Shown here in pieces: positions 9,630 through 19,490 of a stretch of 64,000 bases of DNA. The position numbers and the translations under genes were made by a program. The DNA lies in contig CAVQGO010000018.1 of NCBI GenBank assembly GCA_963712045.1, positions 118,591 to 182,590 on the forward strand. The letters run 5' to 3'. A model generated the notes under the pieces. It was not told where the DNA came from. It did not search any database and saw nothing but the letters and a program-made list of their open reading frames with translations. Every line of letters starts with the position of its first letter. Positions within the stretch are counted from its first letter, which is position 1. Source of the stretch: an uncultured Bacteroidota bacterium (GTDB taxonomy: Bacteria > Bacteroidota > Bacteroidia > Chitinophagales > Chitinophagaceae).

Positions 9630-10554
9630 TTACGCTGTAAGCTTAGTAACTCCCTGTGAATTCACAGTGGTAACATAAATATGATAATTCACGCCGATAC
9701 GGTCATACACTGATTTCATCACACCGGCTACTTTTCGGGCGGTCTGATCATCCCTGCTCAACATAAAAATAGAGGGACCGGAACCGGAGATACCTCCGCC
9801 GATTGCACCGGCAGCCTTGCATTCCGATTTGATGATGTCGAAGCCCGGTATCAGTATCGATCGTACCGGCTCAATGATTACATCTTCCAGTGACCTTCCG
9901 ATCAGTTCATAGTCGCCCTTCATCAGGCCCGCGACCAGTCCACCGATATTTCCCCATTGCCGTGATAGCATCTTTTAACAAGACTTCTTTCCTTAGAATT
10001 TCGCGGGCATCGGAAGTTCTTACTTCAATTTGCGGATGCAGTACAGAAACAAACAAGGGCGGTGATGAAATCGGGATAATGTCCAGCGGAAAAATAGAAC
10101 GGATGAGTGTTACGCCGCCGTAAATGCAGGGCGCGATGTTGTCAGCATGTTTAACGCCGGATGCCACTTTTTCTCCGAACATGGCAAAGCGCACGAGTTC
10201 TTCATTCGTAAATATATTCCCCAGCAATTCATTGGCAGCAACCACGGCACCTGCCGCACTCGCTGCACTGGAACCAATTCCGCTTCCGGGTTTGATCTGT
10301 TTAGTTATGGTGACTTCGAATCCAACATCCTGTTTTAAAACGGCCAGCATTTCCAATAAAGGTGCGCCGGCGGTATTCAGTGCAGGATCCTTCGGAAGCG
10401 GGAAATTATCCGTGGTGTTTATTATCACCTGCCGTTTGTCCAGGAGTCGCAATCGCATAATATCATAGGGCTCTGACAGGCATAATCCGAGCACATCGAA
10501 TCCACAAACCAGGTTTGCCACAGTGGCCGGCGCATGTACGGTAATTTCTTTCAT
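9630..10554 (-). CDS. thrB: Homoserine kinase (one apparent +1 frameshift near 9965)
   Basis: APATVANLVCGFD and PGSGIGSSAASA GHMP motifs in 9907-10554; the C-terminus ISGSGPS is in 9630-9971. Removing one base gives KDAIRQWGNIGGLV or KDAITQWGNIGGLV. Confidence 0.93.
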
Positions 10555-10563
10555 AAATGCAAG

Positions 10564-13008
10564 TTAAGCGTTCGCTGCCCGGATGATATCTGCAAAAACA
10601 CCGGAGGCAGTTACTTCCGCACCAGCTCCCGCGCCTTTGATTACAAGGGGCTGTTCGGGGTATCGATCTGTATAAAAAAGCACGATATTATCCTTTCCAT
10701 ACAAATGATAAAAGTCATGAGAAGGGCCCACATGCTGAAGACCCACCGAAGCTTTTCCGTTTTCATAACTCGCAACAAATTTTAATTTCTTTCCTTCAGC
10801 CGCTGCGGCGTCATACAATTTTTTGAAATGTATTTCTTCTTTTTCCATGGCCAGGTAGAAATCCGACACAGATCCGACCATGCAGGACGCAGGCAGAAAT
10901 AAATTGTTGCTGATATCTTCCATTTCAATGGCGTGACCCGCTTCTCTCGCAAGGATCATGATCTTCCGCATCACGTCGGTTCCGCTCAGATCCAGCCGTG
11001 GATCAGGTTCCGTATAACCTTCATCCTGTGCCTGTTTTACGACATTGGTAAATTTTGTCTTTCCATCGTAATGATTGAAAACAAAATTGAGTGTACCACT
11101 GAGAACGGCTTCGATTTTCCTGATTTTATCTCCGCTCCGAAGCAGATCGTTCAATGTTCCGATAACCGGAAGTCCCGCTCCCACATTGGTTTCGAAAAAA
11201 TATGCCGCGTTGAATTCTTTTGACAAATCTTTCAACCGGCGGTAATAACTATAGGGCGATGAACTGGCAATTTTATTACAGGCAACCACAGAAATACTTT
11301 TCTGCAACAGGTGTTCATAACCCAACGCGACTTCCCGATTGGCGGTAACGTCAACAAATACGGAGTTGCGCAGATTTTTTGAATGAATGATCTTTAAGAA
11401 ATTCCCGAGATGCATTGGCTCTGCTTTTTCCAGTTCCGTCTGCCAGTTATTTAAATCAATCCCTTCTTCCTGTATCAGCATCTTACGGCTGTTCGCAAGG
11501 CCCGTCACCCGCACCTGTAACCGAAGATGTTCCAGGAGGAAACTTTTCTGTTGTGCCAGCTGCTGGAGTAATCTCCGGCCCACATTGCCGGTTCCTGTAA
11601 TAAATAAATTCAATTGTTTATAAGTCGCTTCAAAAAAATCTTCGTGTAAAACATTGACTGCTTTCTTAACATCTTTCGTTGATATGACGGCCGAGATATT
11701 TCTTTCCGACGATCCCTGGGCGATGGCCCGGACATTGATACCATTCCTGCCCAACACGCCGAATAGTTTTCCGCTGATGCCAGGATGGCTTTTCATATTA
11801 TCCCCCACGAGCGCTATGATCGCCAGTTCTTCTTCTACTATCAAAGGCAGAACGGTTCCCGCCTGTATTTCTGTTGCAAATGCTTCGTCGATTGAAACTT
11901 TAGACAATGATGCCTGGGAACTGTCGACACCTACACATATGGAGTGCTCCGAAGAAGCCTGCGTAATCAGGATCACATTGATTTGTTGCCTCGACAGGGC
12001 CTCAAATAATCTTTTTGAAAACCCGGGAATGCCGATCATACCACTGCCTTCCAGGCTCAGTAAGGCAATCCGGTGAATACTTGAAATACCGCGTATACTG
12101 CTGCCCGTGGTGCTGGAAACTTTTTCAATCAGGGTGCCCGGATCGGCAGGAGCGAAAGTGTTTTTAACCCATACCGGAATACCCTTGCTCATAACCGGCT
12201 GAAGCGTGGGCGGATAAATCACTTTGGCACCGAAATGGGAAAGCTCCATGGCTTCCTGGTAAGAGATGTCCGGAATCACTCTGGCATTGGTAACGAGGCG
12301 TGGATCAGCTGTCATCATACCGGAAACATCGGTCCATATTTCAATTCCCCGGCAGTTCAGCACACTGCCATAAATGGCGGCTGTATAATCACTTCCCCCC
12401 CTGCCCAAAGTAGTTGTTGTGCCGCTGGCATCAGATGCGATAAAACCAGGAACGATATAAAGATTTACCGGACCGGTCTGAAAGTAGGCATCAATCTTTT
12501 TTTGTGTTGCAGGAAAGTCAACCATTGCGTGACCAAACCGGGAGTCGGTAATAATCAGGTGCCTGGAATCCTTCCAGTTATTGGGAATATCGCGGGCGGC
12601 AAGCCCGGCAGAAATGATCCGGGACGATAATAATTCACCAAAACTGACCACATGATCCTTTGTTCTCGCTGAAAGTTCACGAAGCAGAAATATACCTTTA
12701 AATATATCTTCCAGCTCATTACAGGTCTTTTTTACCATGCTCAGGATACTGCTCTGGCTTGTAACCGGAATCAATTCCCGAACCGTGTCGAGATGTCTTT
12801 GCTCTATCGCTTTCAGCGAATCCATATATGTTTCATCGCCTGTTGAAGCTGCCACGGCACAATGCAATAAACTATCGGTAATACCGCCCAGCGCTGAAAC
12901 CACTACTATGGTTTTATCCTTTTCAATCGCTCTTTGAATGATATGGATACACTTGCTGATGTGAACAGCATTGGCTACGGAAGAGCCTCCAAACTTTAGA
13001 ACCTGCAT
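10564..13008 (-). CDS. thrA: Bifunctional aspartate kinase/homoserine dehydrogenase I
   Basis: MQVLKFGGSSV, TTLGRGGSDYTAA, two ACT domains, GTGNVG, ETNVGAGLP, EPDPRLDLSG. ATG at 13008. Confidence 0.98.
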   Translation of the reverse strand: MQVLKFGGSSVANAVHISKCIHIIQRAIEKDKTIVVVSALGGITDSLLHCAVAASTGDETYMDSLKAIEQRHLDTVRELIPVTSQSSILSMVKKTCNELEDIFKGIFLLRELSARTKDHVVSFGELLSSRIISAGLAARDIPNNWKDSRHLIITDSRFGHAMVDFPATQKKIDAYFQTGPVNLYIVPGFIASDASGTTTTLGRGGSDYTAAIYGSVLNCRGIEIWTDVSGMMTADPRLVTNARVIPDISYQEAMELSHFGAKVIYPPTLQPVMSKGIPVWVKNTFAPADPGTLIEKVSSTTGSSIRGISSIHRIALLSLEGSGMIGIPGFSKRLFEALSRQQINVILITQASSEHSICVGVDSSQASLSKVSIDEAFATEIQAGTVLPLIVEEELAIIALVGDNMKSHPGISGKLFGVLGRNGINVRAIAQGSSERNISAVISTKDVKKAVNVLHEDFFEATYKQLNLFITGTGNVGRRLLQQLAQQKSFLLEHLRLQVRVTGLANSRKMLIQEEGIDLNNWQTELEKAEPMHLGNFLKIIHSKNLRNSVFVDVTANREVALGYEHLLQKSISVVACNKIASSSPYSYYRRLKDLSKEFNAAYFFETNVGAGLPVIGTLNDLLRSGDKIRKIEAVLSGTLNFVFNHYDGKTKFTNVVKQAQDEGYTEPDPRLDLSGTDVMRKIMILAREAGHAIEMEDISNNLFLPASCMVGSVSDFYLAMEKEEIHFKKLYDAAAAEGKKLKFVASYENGKASVGLQHVGPSHDFYHLYGKDNIVLFYTDRYPEQPLVIKGAGAGAEVTASGVFADIIRAANA

Positions 13009-13021
13009 GAACAAAAATTTT

Positions 13022-13110
13022 TAAGAAAGAAAAATTGCCAACGAGAAGCTGTTTTATAAGCAGCCTGAGCCCGGAAATGATATGTAGTTGTATAACCCCT
13101 AAAGGGTCGT
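13022..13110 (-). promoter_or_regulatory. Putative thr attenuator region
   Basis: On the mRNA: a GACCC/GGGUU hairpin over the leader stop, then an imperfect hairpin CCGG..AGGCUG-loop-CAGCUU..UUGG followed by AUUUUUCUUUCUU, just before thrA. Confidence 0.5.
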
Positions 13111-13188
13111 TGCAGTCGTAATAATAGTAACACCGGTATGGCAGGTAATAACAGAAATATTGTTGATATGTGTAACCGGATAATTCAT
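13099..13188 (-). CDS. thrL: thr operon leader peptide (29 aa)
   Basis: [29 protein letters not shown] has 8 Thr and 5 Ile, clustered at the 3' end. It lies between a promoter box and thrA. Confidence 0.85.
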   Translation of the reverse strand: MNYPVTHINNISVITCHTGVTIITTATTL

Positions 13189-13201
13189 CGCTATAGAGAA
13201 G

Positions 13202-13209
13202 CAAAGCTA
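13202..13209 (-). promoter_or_regulatory. -7 promoter box for thrL-thrABC
   Basis: Plus-strand CAAAGCTA reads TAGCTTTG on the minus strand, 13 nt upstream of the leader ATG. Confidence 0.7.
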
Positions 13210-13335
13210 ATGAAATATATTAATGAAAATGAAACAAATCAGGATAATTTATACTATATCGAATGATTTTCTTTGATTGTTTTGATTTCCTGCTTATATA
13301 TTGCTCGATTTGTTGAATGAATTTTAAATTCGCTG

Positions 13336-15903
13336 ATGAGCAATCAAGCCACCGGCTTACAGGAATTTAAAAACCTTGTAGGCATTAAATTTCAGCTGTA
13401 CAATAGTCTCTTCACGTCCCTGCCTTTTCACAGGATAGAAAAAACGGGCGTTTTCCTTTCCCTGCTGCTCACCTATTGTGAGGAAGGATATCATAAAAAA
13501 CAAAGTCCGGTTCAAATTATCGGGGAATTTTTCAACAAACATTATCCCGATGGAACGGATCGTGAAAAATCGGATATCCTTTTCCGTTTCGTTCAATATG
13601 TGGAAAGACAGGTTGTACTTTTCGATGCCCTGGAAGATTCTGCATTTTCCCATGTGAATGATATGGGAGGTACCGGTACACTCAAGCACCTTTCTTCCGA
13701 AGTGATTCAATATGACAAACAGGAGGAATTGAAAGAAAAACTCCGGGATTATGCTGTGCGATTGGTCCTAACTGCGCATCCTACGCAATTTTATCCTGGT
13801 CCTGTTCTTGGCATCATCAACGATCTCTCCCGGGCAGTCGTTCAAAATAATGCGGCCGAGATCAATACTTTCATGCAGCAATTGGGGAAGACACCTTTCC
13901 TGAAAAAACAAAAACCTACGCCTTACGATGAAGCCGTCAGTCTCATCTGGTATCTGGAAAATATTTTTTATCACGCGTCAGGAAGAATTTTATCCTCACT
14001 GAAATCGCAATTCCCCGAAGCAGTAAGTGACAGAAATCCGGTCATTCAAATGGGCTTTTGGCCTGGCGGAGACCGCGACGGAAATCCATTCGTAAAATCA
14101 GATACAACGGTAAAAGTCGCGGAAGCATTGCGGACAGCTTTGTTGCGGTGCTACTATTATGACGTCAGACGACTTAAACGCAGACTGACCTTTAAAGAGG
14201 TGGACCTGATCATAGCCGAATGGGAAGAGAAACTATACCAGGAATTATTTATGCCTGATCCGGAAAAACCCTTCCATTTTGGCGACATGCTGAAATCCAT
14301 GCTGAAAATACGGGAGGTGCTGATCTATCAGAACAATGGACTATTTCTAAACCTGCTGGATAACTTCATCAGCAAGATGCGGATATTCGGGATGCATTTT
14401 GCGACGCTTGATTTACGCCAGGAAAGTTCGGTACATGAAAAAGTATTAAGAATCATCAATGAAAGAGAAGAAATATTTCCGGAGAATTACGACTCGTTAA
14501 GCGAAAAAGAAAAAATAAAAATTCTTACACACCTGAAACCGGTTTCCAAAGTTGCTTTCGCTGACGATATGACGGAGGACACGCTGGCCAGCGTGCGGGC
14601 GGTGAAGACCATACAGGAAAAAAATGGTGAAGCCGGCTGCAACCGGTATATCATCAGCCAGTGTAACCGGGCCTTAAATGTAATCGAGGTATATGCTTTG
14701 TTCCTGCTGGGCGGATGGAAAAAAGATCATCTCAACCTGGACATCGTGCCATTATTTGAGACCGTGGATGATCTGCATCATGCAGCGACGATCATGTCCA
14801 CTCTCTACACAAACACAGATTACAGGGCCCACCTAAAAAAAAGAAACGAGACCCAGACCATCATGGTTGGCTTTTCAGATGGAACGAAAGACGGTGGGTA
14901 TCTGATGGCGAATTGGAGTATTTATAAGGCCAAGGAGGAATTGACCAGGATTTCAAAAGAACATGGTATTCGTGTCGTATTTTTTGACGGCCGCGGGGGA
15001 CCGCCAGCCCGGGGCGGCGGCAAGACCCATAGATTTTATTCCTCATTGGGGAAAAATATAGCCAACAAAGAAATTCAGCTCACCGTTCAGGGTCAAACCG
15101 TTAGTTCAAATTTCGGGACGGTGGATTCTGCCCAGTTCAATATTGAGCAGCTCCTGCATGCAGGTATCTCCAACGACTTGTTTTCAGCACGGAAAGTGAC
15201 ACTGACCGAAGAGGAGGAAGTTCTTCTTTCTGAAATGGCGGATATCAGTTATGAGGCTTACGCCAACCTGAGAGATCACGACCATTTTACTGAATACCTT
15301 ACGGAAGTAAGTCCACTTCAGTTTTATGGGGAAACCAATATTGGGAGCAGGCCTACGAAAAGAAAAAATGCAGGAAAGCTTGAGCTGAAGGATCTCCGGG
15401 CCATTCCATTTGTGGGTGCATTCAGCCAGCTAAAACAAAATGTAACCGGATATTATGGGGTGGGGACCGCTTTAATGGAAATGGAGAAAAAAGGAAAGTG
15501 GAAACAGACTAAAAATTTATATAGCAATTCGCCTTACTTCAAGACTCTGCTGGATAACAGCGAAATGGCTATGAAAAAATGCTTTTTCCCGCTTACAGAA
15601 ACCTTTTCATCACATCCTAAATATGGTAAGATCTGGAGAATGATTTTTAATGAATTCGAACTTACTAAAAAATATATATTCAAGTTGAGCGGGAAACAAG
15701 AGCTGATGCAGGATTACCCCATAGAACAACTATCCATACAAATGAGGGAACGAATTGTGCTTCCTCTGAGCACCATACAGCAATATGCGATAGTAAAATT
15801 CAGGGAATCCGAGCAGTCGGGATCGGGAATGAAAAAGATCTACGAAAAACTAATCATACGCTGCTCATTCGGAATTATTAATGCGGCGAGAAACTCTGCC
15901 TAA
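13336..15903 (+). CDS. ppc: Phosphoenolpyruvate carboxylase
   Basis: VLTAHPT, GGDRDGNP, MVGFSDGTKDGG, FDGRGGPPARGGG, LRAIP, INAARNSA. Confidence 0.97.
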   Translation: MSNQATGLQEFKNLVGIKFQLYNSLFTSLPFHRIEKTGVFLSLLLTYCEEGYHKKQSPVQIIGEFFNKHYPDGTDREKSDILFRFVQYVERQVVLFDALEDSAFSHVNDMGGTGTLKHLSSEVIQYDKQEELKEKLRDYAVRLVLTAHPTQFYPGPVLGIINDLSRAVVQNNAAEINTFMQQLGKTPFLKKQKPTPYDEAVSLIWYLENIFYHASGRILSSLKSQFPEAVSDRNPVIQMGFWPGGDRDGNPFVKSDTTVKVAEALRTALLRCYYYDVRRLKRRLTFKEVDLIIAEWEEKLYQELFMPDPEKPFHFGDMLKSMLKIREVLIYQNNGLFLNLLDNFISKMRIFGMHFATLDLRQESSVHEKVLRIINEREEIFPENYDSLSEKEKIKILTHLKPVSKVAFADDMTEDTLASVRAVKTIQEKNGEAGCNRYIISQCNRALNVIEVYALFLLGGWKKDHLNLDIVPLFETVDDLHHAATIMSTLYTNTDYRAHLKKRNETQTIMVGFSDGTKDGGYLMANWSIYKAKEELTRISKEHGIRVVFFDGRGGPPARGGGKTHRFYSSLGKNIANKEIQLTVQGQTVSSNFGTVDSAQFNIEQLLHAGISNDLFSARKVTLTEEEEVLLSEMADISYEAYANLRDHDHFTEYLTEVSPLQFYGETNIGSRPTKRKNAGKLELKDLRAIPFVGAFSQLKQNVTGYYGVGTALMEMEKKGKWKQTKNLYSNSPYFKTLLDNSEMAMKKCFFPLTETFSSHPKYGKIWRMIFNEFELTKKYIFKLSGKQELMQDYPIEQLSIQMRERIVLPLSTIQQYAIVKFRESEQSGSGMKKIYEKLIIRCSFGIINAARNSA

Positions 15904-16072
15904 AGGTTTTTGCTTATATTGTGGTATAATCATTGCTTAATCAGTAAAGCCGGGTTTTCCCCCCGGACATTTACTTCTGAACCTCTATTCCTAAGAAAAA
16001 CACAGTTGATACACTGGCCTTTTAAACACTGTTCTTTTATTCTGCGTTTTAGAATTTAACAGCCATTTAGTA

Positions 16073-16957
16073 ATGATCAGACGTGTTTTCGGGAATCTAT
16101 ATTTTCTCACCTTTCTGAACGGGTTTTTGCTGGCTTCCCTCATTTATTTTAAAATGGAGGCAAGTTATGAAAAGGAGCTTTTTCATGCTATCCATCTGGA
16201 TATCAGCAATAAAATCTCGGCAACTGATTCACAGGATTCAGTGGTCGCGAAGGCCATGCACGTTTGCCATAATCTGATGGATACCCGTGGTGATGTTTTT
16301 AAGGGTTCGGATTTCCAGGGTATGAAGTCGGGTATGATTGATCCCACTTCTTTCGATTTAATGACGGCCAGCGGCGCCTGCGGAAGTTATTCCATGGTGC
16401 TCGCCAGGGTTCTTCAGGGCTATAAATTCGAGGTACGGATCGCCCAGATGAAATCAAACGGCTCTTTTGCAGCACATAATATCGTGGAAGCCAAAACAAA
16501 TCATGGATGGGTGGTTCTGGATCCGCTTTTTGATACCTATTTTATCAATCCGTCTAAAAAACTTGCCAGTTTTAGTGAGGTAAAGGATAACTGGAGCTAT
16601 TATAAATCCCAGCTGCCCCAGGGTTATGATATGAATTACCGGTATGAAGACGTACGCTATTCGAACTGGTCGAAAATCCCCGTCCTTCTTCCGTCATTCA
16701 AGAAGATACTGGATCTCACAGTAGGAAAAGATAACGCAGATACGATATCTCTCAGAACATATTTCCTTAGGAAATATGTTCTGTGGTTTGACCTCTTCCT
16801 GATTATTTTTGTATTGGTTTTTTCCTTTACGATTCGTAATCTCATCAAAGCAAAAGTTTTTCCCCGGCAAAACATTCCGGTAACATTTTCCAATGTCTAC
16901 AAATACCTTCGCCAGCGCTTTTTTGAAAAAAATTTCACTGAACAGGGGCGGATATAA
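16073..16957 (+). CDS. Membrane-anchored transglutaminase-like (Cys-His-Asp) protein
   Basis: TM segments near both ends, with GACGSYS...AAHNIVE...WVVLDP in the spacing typical of the transglutaminase-like triad. Confidence 0.65.
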   Translation: MIRRVFGNLYFLTFLNGFLLASLIYFKMEASYEKELFHAIHLDISNKISATDSQDSVVAKAMHVCHNLMDTRGDVFKGSDFQGMKSGMIDPTSFDLMTASGACGSYSMVLARVLQGYKFEVRIAQMKSNGSFAAHNIVEAKTNHGWVVLDPLFDTYFINPSKKLASFSEVKDNWSYYKSQLPQGYDMNYRYEDVRYSNWSKIPVLLPSFKKILDLTVGKDNADTISLRTYFLRKYVLWFDLFLIIFVLVFSFTIRNLIKAKVFPRQNIPVTFSNVYKYLRQRFFEKNFTEQGRI

Positions 16958-17070
16958 GTTTTCACCCGGCCGGCAAAGCTTTCCCACATATTCACATTTA
17001 CCAGGCTTTCCTCATATCATTCCCGCCACATCCTTGCACATTATTTATATTTGATCCCTAAACGGATAGG

Positions 17071-18048
17071 ATGCTAAAAGTTGCTGTATTTGGTACCGGA
17101 CATCTTGGAAAATTTCATCTGAACAACTGGAAACTGATACCCGAAGTCGAAGTTGTCGGATTCTATGATCCGAATGACGAGATTGCAGCCGGGGTTATCG
17201 AAAAATACCAGATCAAAAGATTTACAGATCCCGCTGCCCTGCTTGACATATGCGATGCAGCTGATATCATTGCACCCACACCTGTTCATTTTAATCTTTG
17301 TGAGCTGGCGATTCGGAAGGGAAAACATGTATTTGTTGAAAAACCGCTGGCAAACGACATGGATGAAGCAAGAACTATCCTAAAACTGGTAAAGGAATCA
17401 AATGTTAAATTGCAGGTGGGTCATGTGGAAAGATTTAACCCCGCTTTTCTCGCTTTAGAAGGGATCCCGCTTCAACCCATGTTCATAGAAGTGCACAGGC
17501 TGGCGGAATTCAACCCGAGAGGAACAGAAGTAAGCGTCATACTGGACCTGATGATCCATGATATCGATATCATTCTGCATATCGTAAACAGTGAGGTTAA
17601 AAATATTTATTCAAGCGGTGTTGCCGTAATGACCGATACACCTGATATTGCCAATGTTAGAATGGAGTTCAATAACGGGTGTGTCGCTAACCTGACATCG
17701 AGCAGGATCTCGATGAAAAAAATGCGAAAAATGCGCATTTTTCAGAAAGATGCCTATATCGGCGTCGATTTTCTAAATAAAAAATCCGAAATCATCAGTT
17801 TAAATCATTCCGATGTGGAAACCGAAGGGTTTTCCTTCGAGATTGAAACGAGGAGCGGGACAAAATCCATACTCGTTCGCAATCCCGATGTGCCCGATGT
17901 AAATGCCATCCGGATGGAACTGGAGAAATTTACTGAGTCCATTCTTCAAAATAAACCTACGCTCGTGTCGGAGCTGGACGGATACCGGGCGATGGATGTT
18001 GCCCACCAGATCCTTCAGAAAATAAAATACAATTCCATCAATAGTTGA
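17071..18048 (+). CDS. Gfo/Idh/MocA family oxidoreductase
   Basis: VFGTGHLG Rossmann motif, HVFVEKPLA, VGHVERFNPA, DLMIHDID. Confidence 0.93.
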   Translation: MLKVAVFGTGHLGKFHLNNWKLIPEVEVVGFYDPNDEIAAGVIEKYQIKRFTDPAALLDICDAADIIAPTPVHFNLCELAIRKGKHVFVEKPLANDMDEARTILKLVKESNVKLQVGHVERFNPAFLALEGIPLQPMFIEVHRLAEFNPRGTEVSVILDLMIHDIDIILHIVNSEVKNIYSSGVAVMTDTPDIANVRMEFNNGCVANLTSSRISMKKMRKMRIFQKDAYIGVDFLNKKSEIISLNHSDVETEGFSFEIETRSGTKSILVRNPDVPDVNAIRMELEKFTESILQNKPTLVSELDGYRAMDVAHQILQKIKYNSINS

Positions 18049-18051
18049 TAC

Positions 18052-19470
18052 ATGCTGCACGCGGGAAGAAAGATCCATATCACCTGGTACGTGCTGAGCG
18101 ACTATATATCAGCTATCCTATCCTGGATGATATTGTATTTTACCCGGCGCTATCTTTTAAAGGAACCAATCTTTGTAGACGGAGAATTGTTTCTTAATAA
18201 CCGTTTCTGGTTGGGCCTGCTCCTGATTCCGGCCGGATGGATTATTTTTTACGCACTCACGGGAACCTATCATTCTCTATATAAAAAATCCCGTCTGAAT
18301 GAATTTTCCAGTACCGCATTATCGAGCCTGATCGTATGCACCATCTTATTTTTTGCCATCGTTATCAATGATCCACAAACAGATTACCGGTACTATTATA
18401 AAGCTTATTTCATTTTCCTGTTCATGCATTTCGGCATTACATGGACCGGCAGGTGGTTACTACTGTCATTGGCTAAAATGCAAATCCGTAAGGGAAAAAT
18501 CGTATTCAACAGTCTTTTGGTTGGATCCGGAACCATTGGGGTTAAGACATTTGAAGATACCGTTAGCGGGCTCCGGGCGAACGGATATCAGTATACCGGG
18601 TATGTGCATCCAAATGCGATTCCTGACAGCATGAATATAGGCCTGTCATGCCTGGGCAACACCGACCGTTTGGAAGAAATCGTTGACCGTCAGAATATAC
18701 AGCTGGTTGTTATCGCCCTTGGAAGAAATGATCAGTCTTCCGCTGAAAAACTCGTCCAGCGTATGAGTGAAAAAGATGTGGAAATAAAAATCATCCCCGA
18801 TATACTCGATATTTTGTCAGGTTCTGTAAAAACCAGCAATCTGTTTGGCGCCCTGCTGATCGACATCCATACCGGTCTGATGCCCGAATGGCAAATGCAC
18901 TTCAAAAGACTGGTTGACGTCCTGATGTCTGTTCTCTCGTTAATTCTGCTCTCGCCGCTTCTGTTATATACTGCTATCCGGGTAAAATTAAGTTCCCCGG
19001 GTCCGGTATTTTACTCTCAGGAAAGGACGGGATTTAAAGGTAAAAAATTCATGATCCATAAGTTCCGTTCCATGTTTAAGGATGCGGAAAAAGACGGCCC
19101 CTGCTTATCTTCCGAATATGATGACCGTATAACACGATGGGGAAAAACGATGCGTAAATGGCGTATTGACGAACTCCCGCAATTGGTGAATGTTTTAAGG
19201 GGGGAAATGAGCCTGGTCGGTCCCCGGCCCGAAAGACAATACTACATTGACCAAATTCTGCAGGAAACTCCTTATTTCAAATATCTTCTGAAGGTTAAAC
19301 CCGGGGTTACTTCCTGGGGAATGGTACAATTCGGATACGCTGAAAACGTTGATGAAATGATTGAAAGAATGAAATATGACCTTATTTACATAGAAAATAT
19401 TTCCCTGGGCCTCGACTTTAAGATCATGATGCATACTTTACTAACGATTATTAAAGGCAAGGGCCGATAA
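18052..19470 (+). CDS. Polyprenyl glycosylphosphotransferase (WcaJ/WbaP-like sugar transferase)
   Basis: N-terminal TM helices; KRLVDV, HKFRSM, RIDELPQLVNVLRGEMSLVGPRPER, KPGVTSWGMV. Confidence 0.93.
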   Translation: MLHAGRKIHITWYVLSDYISAILSWMILYFTRRYLLKEPIFVDGELFLNNRFWLGLLLIPAGWIIFYALTGTYHSLYKKSRLNEFSSTALSSLIVCTILFFAIVINDPQTDYRYYYKAYFIFLFMHFGITWTGRWLLLSLAKMQIRKGKIVFNSLLVGSGTIGVKTFEDTVSGLRANGYQYTGYVHPNAIPDSMNIGLSCLGNTDRLEEIVDRQNIQLVVIALGRNDQSSAEKLVQRMSEKDVEIKIIPDILDILSGSVKTSNLFGALLIDIHTGLMPEWQMHFKRLVDVLMSVLSLILLSPLLLYTAIRVKLSSPGPVFYSQERTGFKGKKFMIHKFRSMFKDAEKDGPCLSSEYDDRITRWGKTMRKWRIDELPQLVNVLRGEMSLVGPRPERQYYIDQILQETPYFKYLLKVKPGVTSWGMVQFGYAENVDEMIERMKYDLIYIENISLGLDFKIMMHTLLTIIKGKGR

Positions 19471-19490
19471 GTTCCCAAACCAGCGCTTAT

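Noticed and set aside
12923-13204. 93-aa Tyr-rich ORF overlapping the thr leader
   Set aside because: It is an alternative frame of the ACT/ATT-rich leader that overlaps thrA. The Thr/Ile frame explains the sequence.
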